Below are positions 25,255 through 38,261 of a stretch of DNA of 64,000 nucleotides, one piece after another. The notes under the pieces are model-generated. The model was not told the DNA's origin. It searched no databases and saw nothing but the letters and a program-made list of their open reading frames with translations. Numbering within the stretch: the first letter of the stretch is position 1; each line of letters starts with the position of its first letter. This DNA comes from Podarcis filfolensis (lineage: Eukaryota): NCBI GenBank assembly GCA_964270895.1, contig OZ185439.1; one strand, given 5' to 3'. The position numbers and the translations under genes were made by a program.

Positions 25255-26550
25255 GCAGGTGGTAGGTATACTGCAAAGAAAAGGTGGTCCTTCTCACACA
25301 TTCAGGTGACTACTGGCCCCTGTTCCTGTCATTCAGGCAGTGGTGGTGATACAATTCCATTGAAAGTGTGTTTGAAGTCCCTGTTGGCTGCAGCTTTGAC
25401 ACCATTTTTGTGCACGTTCAGTATAGCCCCCTTCTTACAAGCAGTAGATATTTTCACATAACCAATCAGCTTTAGCTGTGTGATTACTCCACTGAGGGCA
25501 GAGCTAACACAGAGTGAGAACAGAGCCTTTCCTCTGAACTGGGTTTGTTGTTAGCTGAAACCTATTGACTATACAGTGTTGGTGTTATTTGGAAGAAAAT
25601 AGGCTGCAAAGCAGGTACAACAGTTTCTGGTGATGGGAATACAAGCAGCAGTGAAGTGGTATGTAAAAAGGTGAGCTTCAGTGGGTCTTTTGGGCCTGTG
25701 ATAGTGTCTTTACAAAAAAAGGCTTTCTGGAGAATATTGCTGGAGAATCATTTTAGCAAGCAGCATAGTTTTTTTAAAATTTTGATGAAGACAGCTTTTT
25801 CAGGTCTTCTTTTTGTTTGTGTTCCATAGTAACCTTCACTTGGAGGTTACTTCATTGATTGCTGTACAGTATTCCAGTCTTTGATTGAGTTCGTTTACCC
25901 GATGGTTTATGTATCAGCATAATATCAGTTGCTATTAATACCATCCTTATTGCTAATAACACGCATTGATTTTTTAAGGCATAGTTCTACATAATTTGAG
26001 ATCACACCTTTTAATGTCAGAATAGTATTGGTAGAGATTTTCACACTTTGAGACTTTCAGGTTTTCCTCTTAAACAGAAACATTCTTCAGGTCCTTAAGC
26101 TTTTAAAGATAAGTTTAGAAGTGTGTAACCAATGCTTGGTGAAATCTCGGTAGCAAATTTTCAAGTGATTTGAGATGTGGGCTTCAGTTTGCTACATAGA
26201 TAATGAGCAAATGAGCAAACTCAGAATAAATTTAGCAGAAGAAGCTAAAATCTTTTCCAAATTTGATAAAAAAATTAAATATTTAATCTGGTTTGAGTCT
26301 TGTAGCAGAATCTGAATTATCGTTTGGTACAGTGATTTGACCCCCCCCCCCCCCGGCACAGTCCCCCTACTGACATCTTCCTACCAGCACACTCTCTCTA
26401 CTTGTTTCCAAAGACTGACTACAAAAGAAGAAAAATGGCACCTTTTAGAAAGGTTTTTTAAATTGGCATTTAATATTTGGGAGGGAGCGGGGGAATCCTA
26501 GCAAAAAAAGACTGCAGTTAAAATGTATAAGGAAGAGTGTGAGATCCCTT

Positions 26551-26717
26551 TTGGTATGAGCTTTCGTGTGCATGCACACTTCTTCAGATAACAGTGTGTG
26601 CATGCACACGAAAGCTCATACCAAGAACTAACTTAGTTGGTCTTTAAGGTGCTACTGGAAGGAAATTTTTTTTTTGTTTTGACTATGGCAGACCAACACG
26701 GCTACCTATCTGTAACC
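26551..26717 (+). mobile_element. Penelope-like element terminal fragment with inverted partial pLTR
   Basis: 29-bp perfect inverted repeat (26551-26579/26596-26624), then tctttaaggtgctactgg...gcagaccaacacggctacc (typical reptile PLE end); 14-bp duplication agatcccttttggt at 26542-26555 and 26718-26731. Confidence 0.8.
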
Positions 26718-26872
26718 AGATCCCTTTTGGTTGCTGCAATTATGTTTAGAATCTGATATGATTAGATAGTCTCCAAACTGCAAGTGAGGGAACTGGGCCT
26801 CTATTTTTGATAATAGTTTTTGGCTACGACTCCCAATAAATATATATTGCATTGAGCAGCATTGCTAAATTA

Positions 26873-27098
26873 CAGTGGTACCTCTGGTTACGTACTTAAT
26901 TCATTCTGGAGGTCCGTTCTTAACCTGAAACTGTTCTTAACCTGAAGCACCACTTTAGCTAATGGGGCCTCCCGCTGCTGCCGCGCCACCGCCACACGAT
27001 TTCTGTTCTCATCCTGAAGCAAAGTTCTTAACCTGAGGTACTATTTCTGGGTTAGCAGAGTCTGTAACCTGAAGCGTATGTAACCCGAGGTACCACTG
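26873..27098. mobile_element. Tc1/mariner MITE
   Basis: TIRs cagtggtacctctggttac / gtaacccgaggtaccactg; TA TSD on both sides. Confidence 0.92.
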
Positions 27099-28708
27099 TA
27101 CTTGTTCTTAAACAAAAGGTTAGCCTCTGTGTAGTAACAAAATGTTTTGCACTCCTTAAACCAGCATTAAACCTGATGCTTGTGGTAACCTAAGCAAGGA
27201 TTTTAACAGCCATTCTCGTCAGAGCTCAAACACATGATCAGTAGTTATTCATTATGTATTAGTTGCTGGGCTATACCACTTCACTCTGCAGTGACTGCTG
27301 CCAATAGGAAGGAAGGCCCACATATGAAAATCTAGCAACTGGAGAACAGAGTCCAGACTATCATTATCCTGCTAGTGCTAAGTATTTATGTGTGAGGTGG
27401 TTCTCTCTCCCCCCCCCCCCCGTTCTCCCAGTAAAGGTCAGTTGTGAAGCCTCACTGGAGCTTGTGCTGAAAAGTGACTAGGTAAATTCAGCACATTCTT
27501 TCTCAGCAGGACCTGCTTCCTGTGTATCCCGAATCCTATCTAGTGACCTCAGTAACGAGAATAAGCCTTGGCTGCTATTGTTGGAGGGAGTGAGCTGTAC
27601 CCTATTCCTGCTTGTGCATTGTGAACAGGATTGTTTACGGAGTCTCAGTTTCACGGGCAATCTAGTGACTTATGCAAAGCGGTTGCTTGTACGTCATGGG
27701 GACACATGTTCTCCAACCGACTATCTTTTATAACTTGTGCTGATGGACAAGGAGGAAAGTGCTCTGCTAGACTAACAGAACTCAAGTCACGGCTGTCTTT
27801 TGAAGAGAGCAGCATGCAGATACAACACTGTGGGTGTGATCATTGTTATAAGTGATGCTGACCTATTGACAATACAAATATTTGGAGAATCCATGTGTCT
27901 ATTTTCTCTGTTCTAATCTGTTTTCATTTTATTTTGCCACATTGCCATGCCCACCCACCCACCCCTTCTTTCGTGGGCAGTTTTTTTAGCCTAACACTAA
28001 CACAGGGGGGTTGGTTGGGGTTGGGGGCTTCTTCAAGACTATCTGTTGTGCTTTGCAGATGAGAGCCCCTTCTCTCATTACAATTTTAGGGATATATTTG
28101 TGATGTTTCAAATGAAAAATATCAGCTTTGAATGTATGTGTGTCAGATGTAGGACTGTTACCACCATTCATATTCTTGATGCAGAGCTTTAGCTGATTCT
28201 GACACGCTGCACCTCTGTGATGGATGGGCGTTGGCATGTGCATAATGCATGGAATGGTCCAGAGGAGGGATTTTAAAGTGGGTTTCAAAAATTGAAACCT
28301 ACACTTTGAAAATAGCACTATACTGCCTATCATAGATGTTGTCTTGCATGAAGGAGTAGAGAAGGACACACTTTACTAGGGCCTGGGTTCCTGGCCCAGA
28401 TTGCAATTTTATTACCATGACAGGGCAGCTGGAGGGAATGAGTCAAAGTTGCAGATCTTGCTTGAGGATGTTTATGGAAACCTGTTTCCTGTATTTGGAT
28501 ACATTGGGCAGGATTCACCTAACATAACCCCATCAGCAGAAGACCTGCACAAGAACTTCCGCTTGCCCAATGGGGCTTTCCTCCCTGTATAACCCTCCCT
28601 GAAACTGGCTCCTGGAGGGAGAGTCCCACATAAATGATAGGGTGATAATGGTTCCTGGCTAGCTGAGATGCTTTCACAGATGTAATGACTGGAAGAGCAC
28701 AATGATGA

Positions 28709-28930
28709 ATTTATTATTATTTAATAAATTTATTTACTGCCCTTCATCCAAAGATCCCCAGGCATATACAACATAGAAACATATTATGTATAAAACAACA
28801 ACAACAAGCAATACCCCCACATCTAAAAGGACAAACAGTGTTTGATAACCAAAGGCCTGGTTGAAGTGGAATGTTTTTGCCTGGCATCTAAAGATATGTA
28901 ATGAGAGCATCAGGAGAGCCCCCCTATTGT
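28709..28930 (-). mobile_element. L2 LINE 3' end
   Basis: (TTA)/TTTA tail, then cccttcatccaaagatcccc and gaatgtttttgcctggcatctaaag, the typical reverse L2 terminus. Confidence 0.7.
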
Positions 28931-30155
28931 CCGGGTCTTGCGAGATTTGCTGGTCCCAGTCAGAAACAGGATGAGAAAAAGCAATGTTCTGAACAGTCAA
29001 TTATTGGTCTGTGCCCTTCTTTAGAACAGAGGAAGTGTGCTTAGAAAGTTAAACCATGACTTGTTTGAGTTTGAGAAATAGTTGTACTTGCTTGTGTGGC
29101 ATGCTCAAGGAAGTACCAGCCCCAAGTTTCTTCAGGTATGAGGGAAAGCTGGTGTGAGGAACATAAAAACCACAATAATTGATACCAGAAAGAGTGGGAA
29201 GCCAAAATTTATGTAAGTAAATATCTAGTACACCCACCTGCCAAATATGACTATGTCATTCATTCTTTGATATGAAATCATTCATTACTTTGATATGAAA
29301 AGGCTATATAAATATAGAGGTTTAAAGTGAATTAGTCTATTTATAAAATGTTTGTAGCTATGGTAGTCCATTAGGCAAAAGCAACTTGTTGGGTTGGGCA
29401 GAGTCCACTATCCCCGGCAGGTGGGTGGCTTACTGTGAGGGAGAGGGGAAAGGCAGTGGGGCGGGCAGTGTGGTGCAGACACACTGGTGGAGCCAATCTG
29501 GTGCTACTGTTGGTTGGTTTGCACCCTGCCTCCTTCTCCACCCCACTCTCAGTGGTGTAATTTCAGAAATGTAGAAAATGTAATTTCAGAATTAACATAA
29601 AAAGCTTTGTTTCATAACTCATGAGACTGTATGTCTGGAATGGGATTGTAATAAGAGTATGGGAGGGAACCCATGTTATGTATTTGCCCGCCCCCTGCCC
29701 CCGCAAAAAAAATAAATTGTTTAACTTTTAGAAGGCATATATTCTGGCAGTAGCTTTTCAGCCATTCCCTACTTGGTTTATCAGCTTTAATGCCAGATTT
29801 TTCAACGTTAATGTGCAGTTTTAAAGTTACTTTTTTCTGTTCTGGGATTCACGGATATTTCTATTCCTGCAATTGTGGTAACGATGCGTTGCCCTGTTTA
29901 TTCCTTCCGTCCTCTGCATAATTTTTCTTTCCGGATTTACCATAGCGATTGGCATATGAAACAGAACATTGTGTTTGCCCTTTTATTCCCCTTTTAGTAA
30001 ACACCTTGGAAATGTCTGTACACTCCATTTTTGTTCAACACAAACCCAATAAAGTATTTCTGTGGGGCTTTTACTTTATTTTTGTTGCATGCATTTTAGT
30101 TTCACTTACTTCCCCACGTTCCTAATATGTGTTTGCTTTTATTTTATTTTTAAAG

Positions 30156-30213
30156 TTGCCTTTCTTTTCTGAACTCATTTTTCCTTTCCCCCATTTTTGT
30201 TTCCTCCATCCAG
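30156..30213 (+). promoter_or_regulatory. 3' splice-site region of the TCF7L2 exon (AG-free polypyrimidine tract)
   Basis: No AG between 30156 and the CAG at 30211-30213; pyrimidine-rich; branch-like CTAAT at 30122 and CTGAAC near 30169. Confidence 0.85.
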
Positions 30214-30315
30214 TACCTGCAGATGAAATGGCCACTGCTTGATGTTCAGGCAGGGAGCCTACAGAGTAGGCAAGCCCTCAAGGATGCTAGGTCTCCATCT
30301 CCAGCACACATTGTT
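30214..30315 (+). CDS. TCF7L2: Internal coding exon of transcription factor 7-like 2 (TCF-4); exon 5 in the 17-exon numbering, between the beta-catenin-binding N-terminus and the SNKVPVVQHPHH exon
   Basis: Translates to YLQMKWPLLDVQAGSLQSRQALKDARSPSPAHIV, matching the human TCF7L2 segment as I recall it. Polypyrimidine tract plus CAG at 30211-30213, donor GTT|GTAAGT at 30316, 102 bp phase 0/0. Confidence 0.97.
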
Positions 30316-30588
30316 GTAAGTAAACGAAGATGCACTACTTTTGTTTCTGTGTCTCTGTTTCTTTGGTGGAGGGGAAAGAGGAACGGGTTTAATGAGTATT
30401 GCTTGTCACTTTTTGCCTTCTCCAGTTAAACACATTATGAAATAGTGGGGATAAATTCTCAGTTCTTGCTCTTTGAAATATCCATCAAGTTAAATACATT
30501 TTTTCCCTTTGTACCACTTATAAAAGTGTATTAAGTTATCTTATTAAGGAACGAGTGCTTTTTTTGGTATAAAGTGAGAGGGCCAGTA

Positions 30589-30816
30589 CACTGGTACCTT
30601 GGTTTACAACCATAATCCGTTCCAGAGGTCCATTTGTAAACCAAAACAGGTTGTAATGGGGCCTCCAATTTTTTTTTGTTCATAATCCAAAAAAAAAGGG
30701 GGGGAAGGTTGTAATCCAAAAAAAGGTTGCAAACTTGGACATGCACTTCCAGGTTTGACGTGTTTGTAATCCAAAACGTATGCAAACCAATATGTGTGCA
30801 AACCAAGGTACCACTG
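30589..30816. mobile_element. Tc1/mariner MITE (older subfamily)
   Basis: TIRs ta|cactggtaccttggtttac / gcaaaccaaggtaccactg|ta. Confidence 0.85.
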
Positions 30817-32367
30817 TACTCATTTTTTATAAAAGACCCATGGGTGCCAGCACAAAATGGCCGCCACGGGCAGCAAAAAAGAGAGATGGTGATACTCAGT
30901 ACTGGTGAGTGCTGTCACAAAGAAAACCACTGGTCATAACTGTTGATCTTCAAACTGGGCTTATGATGATTGTTTGAAACACAGTTTTACTGAAGAAAAG
31001 GGACATTTCATAAGCAAGCTTCTTATTTGTGTGTTTCTTTTTTATTAATTCAGATTCAGAACACAAGGAATTTGGGCTGCAGAGAATGTTAATTTTCTTT
31101 TTTTAATGAGCTCCGCTTTTCTTAGCATGAGAAATTGATATGCAGCCACACTGTATCTGAATGGAAAATTAATTTCAGTCTGAAAATAATTAAGGATGGT
31201 TTCTATTTTTGTAGGCAGAGGTGTGTGTATGTATGTGCGTGCGCATGGAGGTGACAGAATGACATTTTAAAAATTCTGGATCAGTTTTATAAACCTGTTG
31301 TGGTAGTATTTAAGGAAAGCTCTTCCTTGACCAAAGCGTGCTTAAGATAGCTACCAAAGTTACAACATGAAGCCTACTTGTAGGAATAGTTTCTTTAAAT
31401 ACTTCAAAAAGCTTCATGAAACAGCTTGTTCACACTACAACCATAATTCCCACATTCTTATCACACTATTCATAAAATAAAAATGGAAGAGAAACCCACT
31501 TCAAGAAAACAAAGGTTTAGGTGAATCAAAGTAGGCCATAAATTTTTTATATTTTATTGGACACCTGTTAACCTTTTAAAGCGGCTTGTTCATTTACAAA
31601 GTCCTTAATTTCACCTCACACAGCTAATTTTCCACCTTTTAATTACAATTCATACATTTACAATGATTTCCATGATAAAAATCTAAGGTATAAATGGGAG
31701 TTAAACACTTACAGCTAAATTATGATTTATTATAACATCTATAATGGTATATAATAGTGTGTGTAGGTTTTGTTTTTTGTTTTGGTACCAGCAGTTGTTG
31801 CTTATTGATAATATTGGGTGGCATCAGGAATACTTGCTATTTTACCTTGTAAGACTCTATATTCTGTTCAATGAAAATGTCATTACCATTTTTGTTCCCT
31901 ATTGAGCGCACTGAATGTGGCATATTCAAATAAGCAACCTCCCCCATTTCTAGAATACCTATAACCTTTCAGTGAGCTGGTATTCTTCTGCCATTCCCTT
32001 AAACGCATTTGTTAAATGGACTTTGTGGGGTGGGGGGAGAACCTCTAATAGTAGCAATTTACTTCACACTTGTATCAATTAAATCAGAACTGGAGCTAGA
32101 TGGTTTGAGAATCGAGGGACTGCAAACATTATCTGAAATATCTACTGTTTAAGAAAATTTTAAATTACTGCTTGCCTGTGCTGAAATAATGAAAAAAAGG
32201 GGGGGGGGACAAAATACCCTGACTTTATATACTGTACCTCTTAAATTAAAATTTTTATTCTCTGTAATGAGTCATGTTTGTTCAGAAGCAGCAAGTTTTG
32301 AACTTCGTTGAACATGGCTGGCTTTCGCATTGGTTTCAGTAGTTCAGCTAAGTCTGAATTCAACCTA

Positions 32368-32500
32368 GTAAGATTAAGCTGCAACCCTCAGCCTCTTTTT
32401 TTTTAGGAAGTAAGGCTTCAATCCTAATTCTATTCACCAGAGACTAAGCCCCATTGAGTTCAATAAATCTGAATTCTGAGCAGATATGGGCAGGATTGTG
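32368..32500. mobile_element. Degenerate palindromic squamate repeat(s) (gcaatcct...taagtcccattgagttcaat family)
   Basis: actaagccccattgagttcaat...ggcaggattg; related fragments at about 45125-45175 and 61460-61545. Confidence 0.45.
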
Positions 32501-33985
32501 CAGTATATCCAACTGAATTTAGTTGGATTCTACTCTTGTGTGAGCAAGAGGCATATTAGACCATTTGTAGTGTTTTTTCTCCCCCTCCCTTTTTAAAGTG
32601 CTCTAGTTTTTCTTATGAGAATATATTCTTGCTCAAAGTGCTTGGGCAAGATCACAGGATTAGAGTGCTAAGACCATTCCCAAGACATACTTCTGTATTT
32701 TTGCTATACAAAGACTTACATTTAAGTTCCTTTGTACCTGGCAAAAAATCATGCCATGCCAAAAATAGTGGTATTTTGGTAACACACACAGCTTATAAAA
32801 CGGAAACTCTTCAGAAATTCATCTGATTCCCTCCCTCCCTCCCGGAGGCAAGACTTTTGAAGTCAATGTAAATTTTACCTTGAGGTGAGTTTATAGTGAG
32901 CAACTGTCCTGACTTTTCATTGTGTAATGAGCACATTCATAAACTAGGTTGGAACCTCGGGAAAAAAGTACTATGGTGCTATAGAAGATCTATAATTACG
33001 TGTATGTTTTTGCTCAAGGAGAGGGAAATCTTGCTTTGAAAATGCAAGAGGGCAGGAGTAACTTAGGACAAAAGTTTCTGAAATCTCTCTGTTCTCAATA
33101 TATTAACCTATCGATTTTCACCATAGGAATCTTTGCACAGTATTCAAAGTCATGAGCTGAATTTGGACCACAAGGCAATTTTATCTGAACGTTCACTGTT
33201 TTCTTAAGTTTCGACCAGGATAGTGATAGAAAGTTTGGCCACAGCTGCAATAGTTGCAAGAGGATGGAGTTACTACTTTGAAATGTTTTATTTCCCTTGG
33301 GTTTTGCATTCAGTTCCTATATGCACCAACTGTGTGTGTTCCATATTGTCCAAACCCTTTTAGTTAGAAGTACAACAATTTATCAGCTCCTAGTAAGATG
33401 TTGATTGTGCAGCAAGGTACACATATAGCCCATTTTGAGACAGTTCTCCCCTGACTATAGAAACACGGCTCTTCCAAGTCCTAAAAATCGAATGATATAA
33501 GCAGTGAATGTGAAAATGTGTAGAGTCATTCTCAAATTCGAGGGAAGGGATGGACTAAATAAACTTTTGCTCTTTGGGGGAAAGGTGACTCTGAGAAAAA
33601 TCACACGACATTTTGACAGCATATTTATTTTTGCAGCGTATTTATTTTAAAACCATTTGTGCATCACCCTTTATGTGGTTCTCAACAGTTTTAAACAATA
33701 TTTAATACACAGTAGGAAACTTGCATAAAAATAAAACACAGAAGGAACAGTAAGAACTGTTTGGAGGACTAAGAATAAATAAAATAAAAGATGGTATGGT
33801 GGAAGACATAGGCGAGTAAAAGGATATTTGCCAGCTGTCAAAAGAATTGATTGATTATTTAATTTCTACACCACTAACTATATTAAAAAATATCTCTTAG
33901 TGGTATATAGAAAACCGAAGCAACAACAGAAAACTTAAAATATTACAAAAGTACAGTTACATAAAAAAGTTACATTAATGCAAAG

Positions 33986-33986
<1 letters not shown>

Positions 33987-34016
<30 letters not shown>
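33987..34016. repeat. (AC)n microsatellite
   Basis: Directly visible. Confidence 0.95.
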
Positions 34017-34020
<4 letters not shown>

Positions 34021-34384
34021 ACCTCAGTTCATTTTCCTTCTGACATACCCTCCCTCTCACCCAGGGTCCAAACAACCCCCCCCCCCAAGTTTCACAATGA
34101 GAAGAGTTCCTAGTCTCTCACTCTAGACTTGTTTTTTATGGGCAGGCCGAAGCGGATGGCACTTCCTCAGGCTGCCCATATCTGTGTCTTGTTCAGCTTC
34201 ACTCTCCACACCCAGCTCCAGGCTCTGCAAATTTAAGGAGCTTTCAAGTGGGTCCAGAGAATGGGACAAGGGCTCCCCGTCACTCACAGATTTTTCTTCA
34301 CCCTCTGTCCCCTCCTCCTTTTCAGCAGCCCCAGCTTTTGTAACTGTAGTCAGTCAGTGCCCCACGGAAAAGGGCCTATGGGGC

Positions 34385-34625
34385 AAAGAGCAGGTCTTCC
34401 AGGACTCACAGCCAAGATGGGAGATTAGGTTCAAGTTTAAGCGAGCTTCCTTGTGGAGAGCGTTCCACATGTTGGAGCACAATAGCTGCAAAAGCCCACA
34501 GTCCAATTGTCACCAGCCTAAGTTGAGGGCCTCTAGAGATGGGCGTAGCATCCAGGCTAAAAAAACTGGATAAGTCTTCAAAGGCAGCTCCCATGCAAAG
34601 CACTGAACTAGGCAGCCCTGAGGGG
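34385..34625 (-). mobile_element. L2 LINE remnant
   Basis: ggagagcgttccacatgttggagcac...aaaagccc and tcttcaaaggcagctcccatgcaaagcactg match reverse L2 motifs. Confidence 0.55.
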
Positions 34626-37600
34626 AATAACACTGGATAGGTTACCTTGGGGCAGGAGTGGTTATGGCTGGTGCACCAGCAGCTACAAAGCCCTAGACTT
34701 ACCTAATAAAATCCTGTCCACAGCAGGCTGATTTTCTGGATTGGAAGAACAGCTGAGTAACTGTATCTTTGCTTATAAACATAGAGCCTCATTACTGTTT
34801 TCTAACACTGATACAGCACTTCCACTGCAGCTGAATTTTGGGAAAATAGACCCCGAGGGGGGTTGGTGCCACTAGCAGGTTCTTTTGCCATAGGAGACTA
34901 GGTTTAGATGTATAACCATAATTGCCATGTGTCTTCTGCTGGTGCCAAAGTGTGCCAACACTGAATTAGAACGGCACCTACAAAACAAGAGAGATTCAGC
35001 ATTGGTGGTGATCTTGTCAGCAGCCGTTATCACAAGATTTGTGGATGGGGTGGGGGCTGAAAGGATCCCCCATTAAACTTCCCTCTGACTTTCTACTCTG
35101 GCCAAGGGGTCACTTACCCCTCCCAACACCACTGTCAAATCTGACAGCGCTGCTCATGTGTTGGGTGACTTAAGAGCCCATAGAAATGCCAGCATGTAGA
35201 TAGATAACTGACTGCTGCACTTGTGCTTCTTTTTATTGGGACTAGTATAGGAGATGTACCCAAATTTATACTACTAATATGGATATACAGACCATCACAG
35301 ATATCTTGCTGCCTGACTAAGTTCTTTGTGCATATCCGTTCTTTTATTATGCATTTATTCAGCACCATCAGTGTGCATGGCACTTAACAGTTTATGAGAG
35401 GACAGTTCCCTGCCCTAAGGGCCCTGCAATCTAAATTTAAACATAGAATAAACAATAGAGGAAAAGGAGAGAAGTGGCAGCAGTGGTAAATAGAAAATCA
35501 GTGTGCAATTGTTTCAATTACATGTACCTTAGCTTAGTTATATGCTGTGGCTGGAGTCCTTTATCTACTTACCTGAGAAAGACTCTGAGTAGGTGTGCAG
35601 GGGATGGTGGTGTAAGGTACGGTGGCACAAAGCCTTCATGGAAATGTGAGTTTTGAGGAGGGATTTGAAGGAAGTAAGACATGCGTCTGCTCCCCGCCCC
35701 CCGCATTTTACAGCCAGACACTATTATTTTGGGTCTTATATCCGTTTACTGGTGAAAGGTTTGCAGCACTGTCAGCTTCTGCAAAATGTAAAGCAGAAAA
35801 ATTGATATTTCTGCCTCCCCCCCTTTTTCAGGCTCCTGTCCTCAAAAGTTTACTATGGAGAGTCATGCCACCCAACTAATGCCCCCCCTCCCAGCTATTC
35901 TTGAATTTCATGCAGCATGTGTACCTGTTTCAGTCCTTTCTTCTTCCCAGGGTCTTCAAAGCTACCATCTTTGCACACAGGCTGCATGTTGAAATCCTAC
36001 CAGAATCCTGTGGTACTACAAAGGGAAGGGTTTGTGCATGTTTCATTTCATTCCTTACAACGAAGAATGCTGCATAATATGAGGTCAAGGAGGGCTGGGT
36101 ATTAGCATGCGTTGCAAAAGGGCAGATTTTGGCATATAGACATTTGGAATAGCTTTGTAGCCCTTTATGAATACTGGATGTGATAACTATTATTGCTTCA
36201 ACATGAGTCACAATGGAACTGTTCTACTAAGGCGTTTGGCCCAAGTTAACCCTTGTGAATTATAAACTGCACATGATATTATTTAAGTGGATGTTAATGA
36301 AATGCATGTTTATGCCCCCTGAATATGCAAATGACATCAGGACACAGATGAGGGCAAGGCCAGGGTAAATGTGGAAAATGGTACATGTGGGTCTTATCTT
36401 TCAGTATGCATCTGCATGAACAGAAAGGGAAGGCCCATGTTGCCTGTTTGGCATTTTGCTTCATAGCCACCATTCTTGGGGGAGTAAATGACTGCTTTCA
36501 TATGGTACTTCACTACATCCCTGTGTGTGTTGAGTGTCTCACAATGGGACCATGCTTCTGCCCGGAGATAAAGTGCACACTTTAAGGTTAAACGTTTCTA
36601 GGCTGATGGGAGTAAGGGAGGTTGGACTTTGTTCCAGAATCAGTACCCAAAATAACAAATAACTGCTGAAAAGTGAAGGGTCTGTTTTCTAAGCAAGATA
36701 AATGGCAAGCATCATCCCATTCATGACTGGTCTTCATTGTTGAATTTTATCTGTGTATTTATTTCAGAAGTGCGTATCTTCAGAGATAAGCATTTGCAGC
36801 AATTCCTGCAACTTATTGTGCTACCTTTTGGCAGTGGAAGGAACCATCTGGTGACTCAATGATATATTCTCAAGGTGATAGTTTATATGAGGATTGAGTT
36901 GAAATAATGCCTCATCCTGCTTCAGAATATTTTTGCATAGCCAACATACATGCACAGTGACTGTTTCTTCTTTCCCATGTATCCAGCAAGCCAGAAGTAT
37001 TCAAATGTGTTTGGGCAATAGTAGCAATGATTAGGGTAAACAGTCTGGTATTCACCAACGGAGAGCATACCTGCATGGTAACACATACTCAGCCGTGTGT
37101 CTCCAGTATGGGAAACAACATTCTCAGTGATTAGGTTGAATCCTTGAAACACTTATACTTTGTAGCAGCCTTTCTTATCTGTGAAACAGGGTCTGTCCTT
37201 GCATCTTTAGTTGTACAAGTGGAGTGCAGGCGGGTGCTGGATGTTTGTGTCAGGCATCCTGAAGCAGAGTACATGTCAGGGTTTTAGGCAGACAAGTGTA
37301 AGTCTTTAAGTATTTATTCTACATCTTTATTTTGCACCTATTCATGCCAAGTACTTTGTTTTTGTTCAATTCACCCTTCTCTATAGTTCCTGTCACCAGT
37401 GTTCACCTCTGTATGCTCTAAGCATGCACAATATGAGGCCTCAAGGTGACGTTGCTTAACATCCAAGTTATGGTCTCCCTGCTTCATGTTTATAGGTTCC
37501 TACTGCACTGTGATCAGAGGAATGTGATGGGAGAAGGAGGGGACAGAAGTTTTTTGGTCTCCCTTGAGTTCTGTGAGTGGTTTGGTGTTTTGCTTTATTT

Positions 37601-38060
37601 TTCACTTGTACCACTGTCAAAGTCGGTGCAGTCATATGTTAGAATTGGAGGTAGGACTCGATCCTTAGGGAGTATAAAATTTGTAATAAATAATAATTAC
37701 TCCTCCCATTTTGTCCACTGGCAGTGCAGACAAGCTAGTGTGGAGGTGCACAAGCATCACAAAGTTGCAGTATCAGTGGTGATGGTGTGCCTTGGATGTA
37801 TGCTGGAATAGCCAGGTTTTCATCATACGCTGACTAGGAAGGCTTTGGAGTATTTCCACAAAAATTCTTTAGCAGTTATTAGGAATAATTGTATGAAAAT
37901 CCAGATGCCTAGCAAGGCAAAATGAAAGCCTAGGACATTGAAAGTGCAATAAAGAAGAATATAGATTAAGAGGATGCAAGAACTGACTGAAGGAAGGGTG
38001 ATGAGGAAGAACACAATATTGACGCTCATTCCTGGCTGCTAAACTGTGGCTCATCTAGAG

Positions 38061-38187
38061 CAGAGGTAGCCAGCACAGTGCCCTTCAGATGTTGGACTGT
38101 AACACCCATTACCCATGACATTGGCCATGCTTGATGGGAGTTGGAGTCTAACAACGTTTGAAGGGCACCACTCTGGCTGTCCTAGCC
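38061..38187. mobile_element. hAT-type MITE, degraded
   Basis: gcccttcagatgttggactgtaacaccc ... gggagttggagtctaacaacgtttgaagggcac forms a fold-back. Confidence 0.7.
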
Positions 38188-38261
38188 TTAGAGATATGAC
38201 TGTCTACCCCTCTTGTTCTGCTGTTCATCCCCAGTGGCTACAACCTAATGACAGTTGCCCT

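Larger units (their letters stand above)
1..30213 (+). other. TCF7L2: TCF7L2 intron upstream of the 102-bp exon (5' boundary outside window)
   Basis: No upstream TCF7L2 exon (e.g. LHFQSGSTHYSAYKTIEHQIAVQ cassette or exon 3) recognised in 1-30213; this intron is very long in vertebrates. Confidence 0.8.

Noticed and set aside
25232-25285. Acceptor (CT)n-GCAG|GTG as an exon start
   Set aside because: The tract is a microsatellite; no convincing donor or TCF7L2-like peptide.
28401-28592. ORF ...LQILLEDVYGNLFPVFG...
   Set aside because: In-frame stops just upstream, no splice signals, no known family.
1-30213. Search for the LHFQSGSTHYSAYKTIEHQIAVQ cassette exon and the rs7903146 flank
   Set aside because: Not seen; probably upstream of the window or unconserved.
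30316-30429. Extension of ORF 30223-30429 (VSKRRCTT...)
   Set aside because: Read-through past the GTAAGT donor into the intron; similarity to TCF7L2 stops at AHIV.
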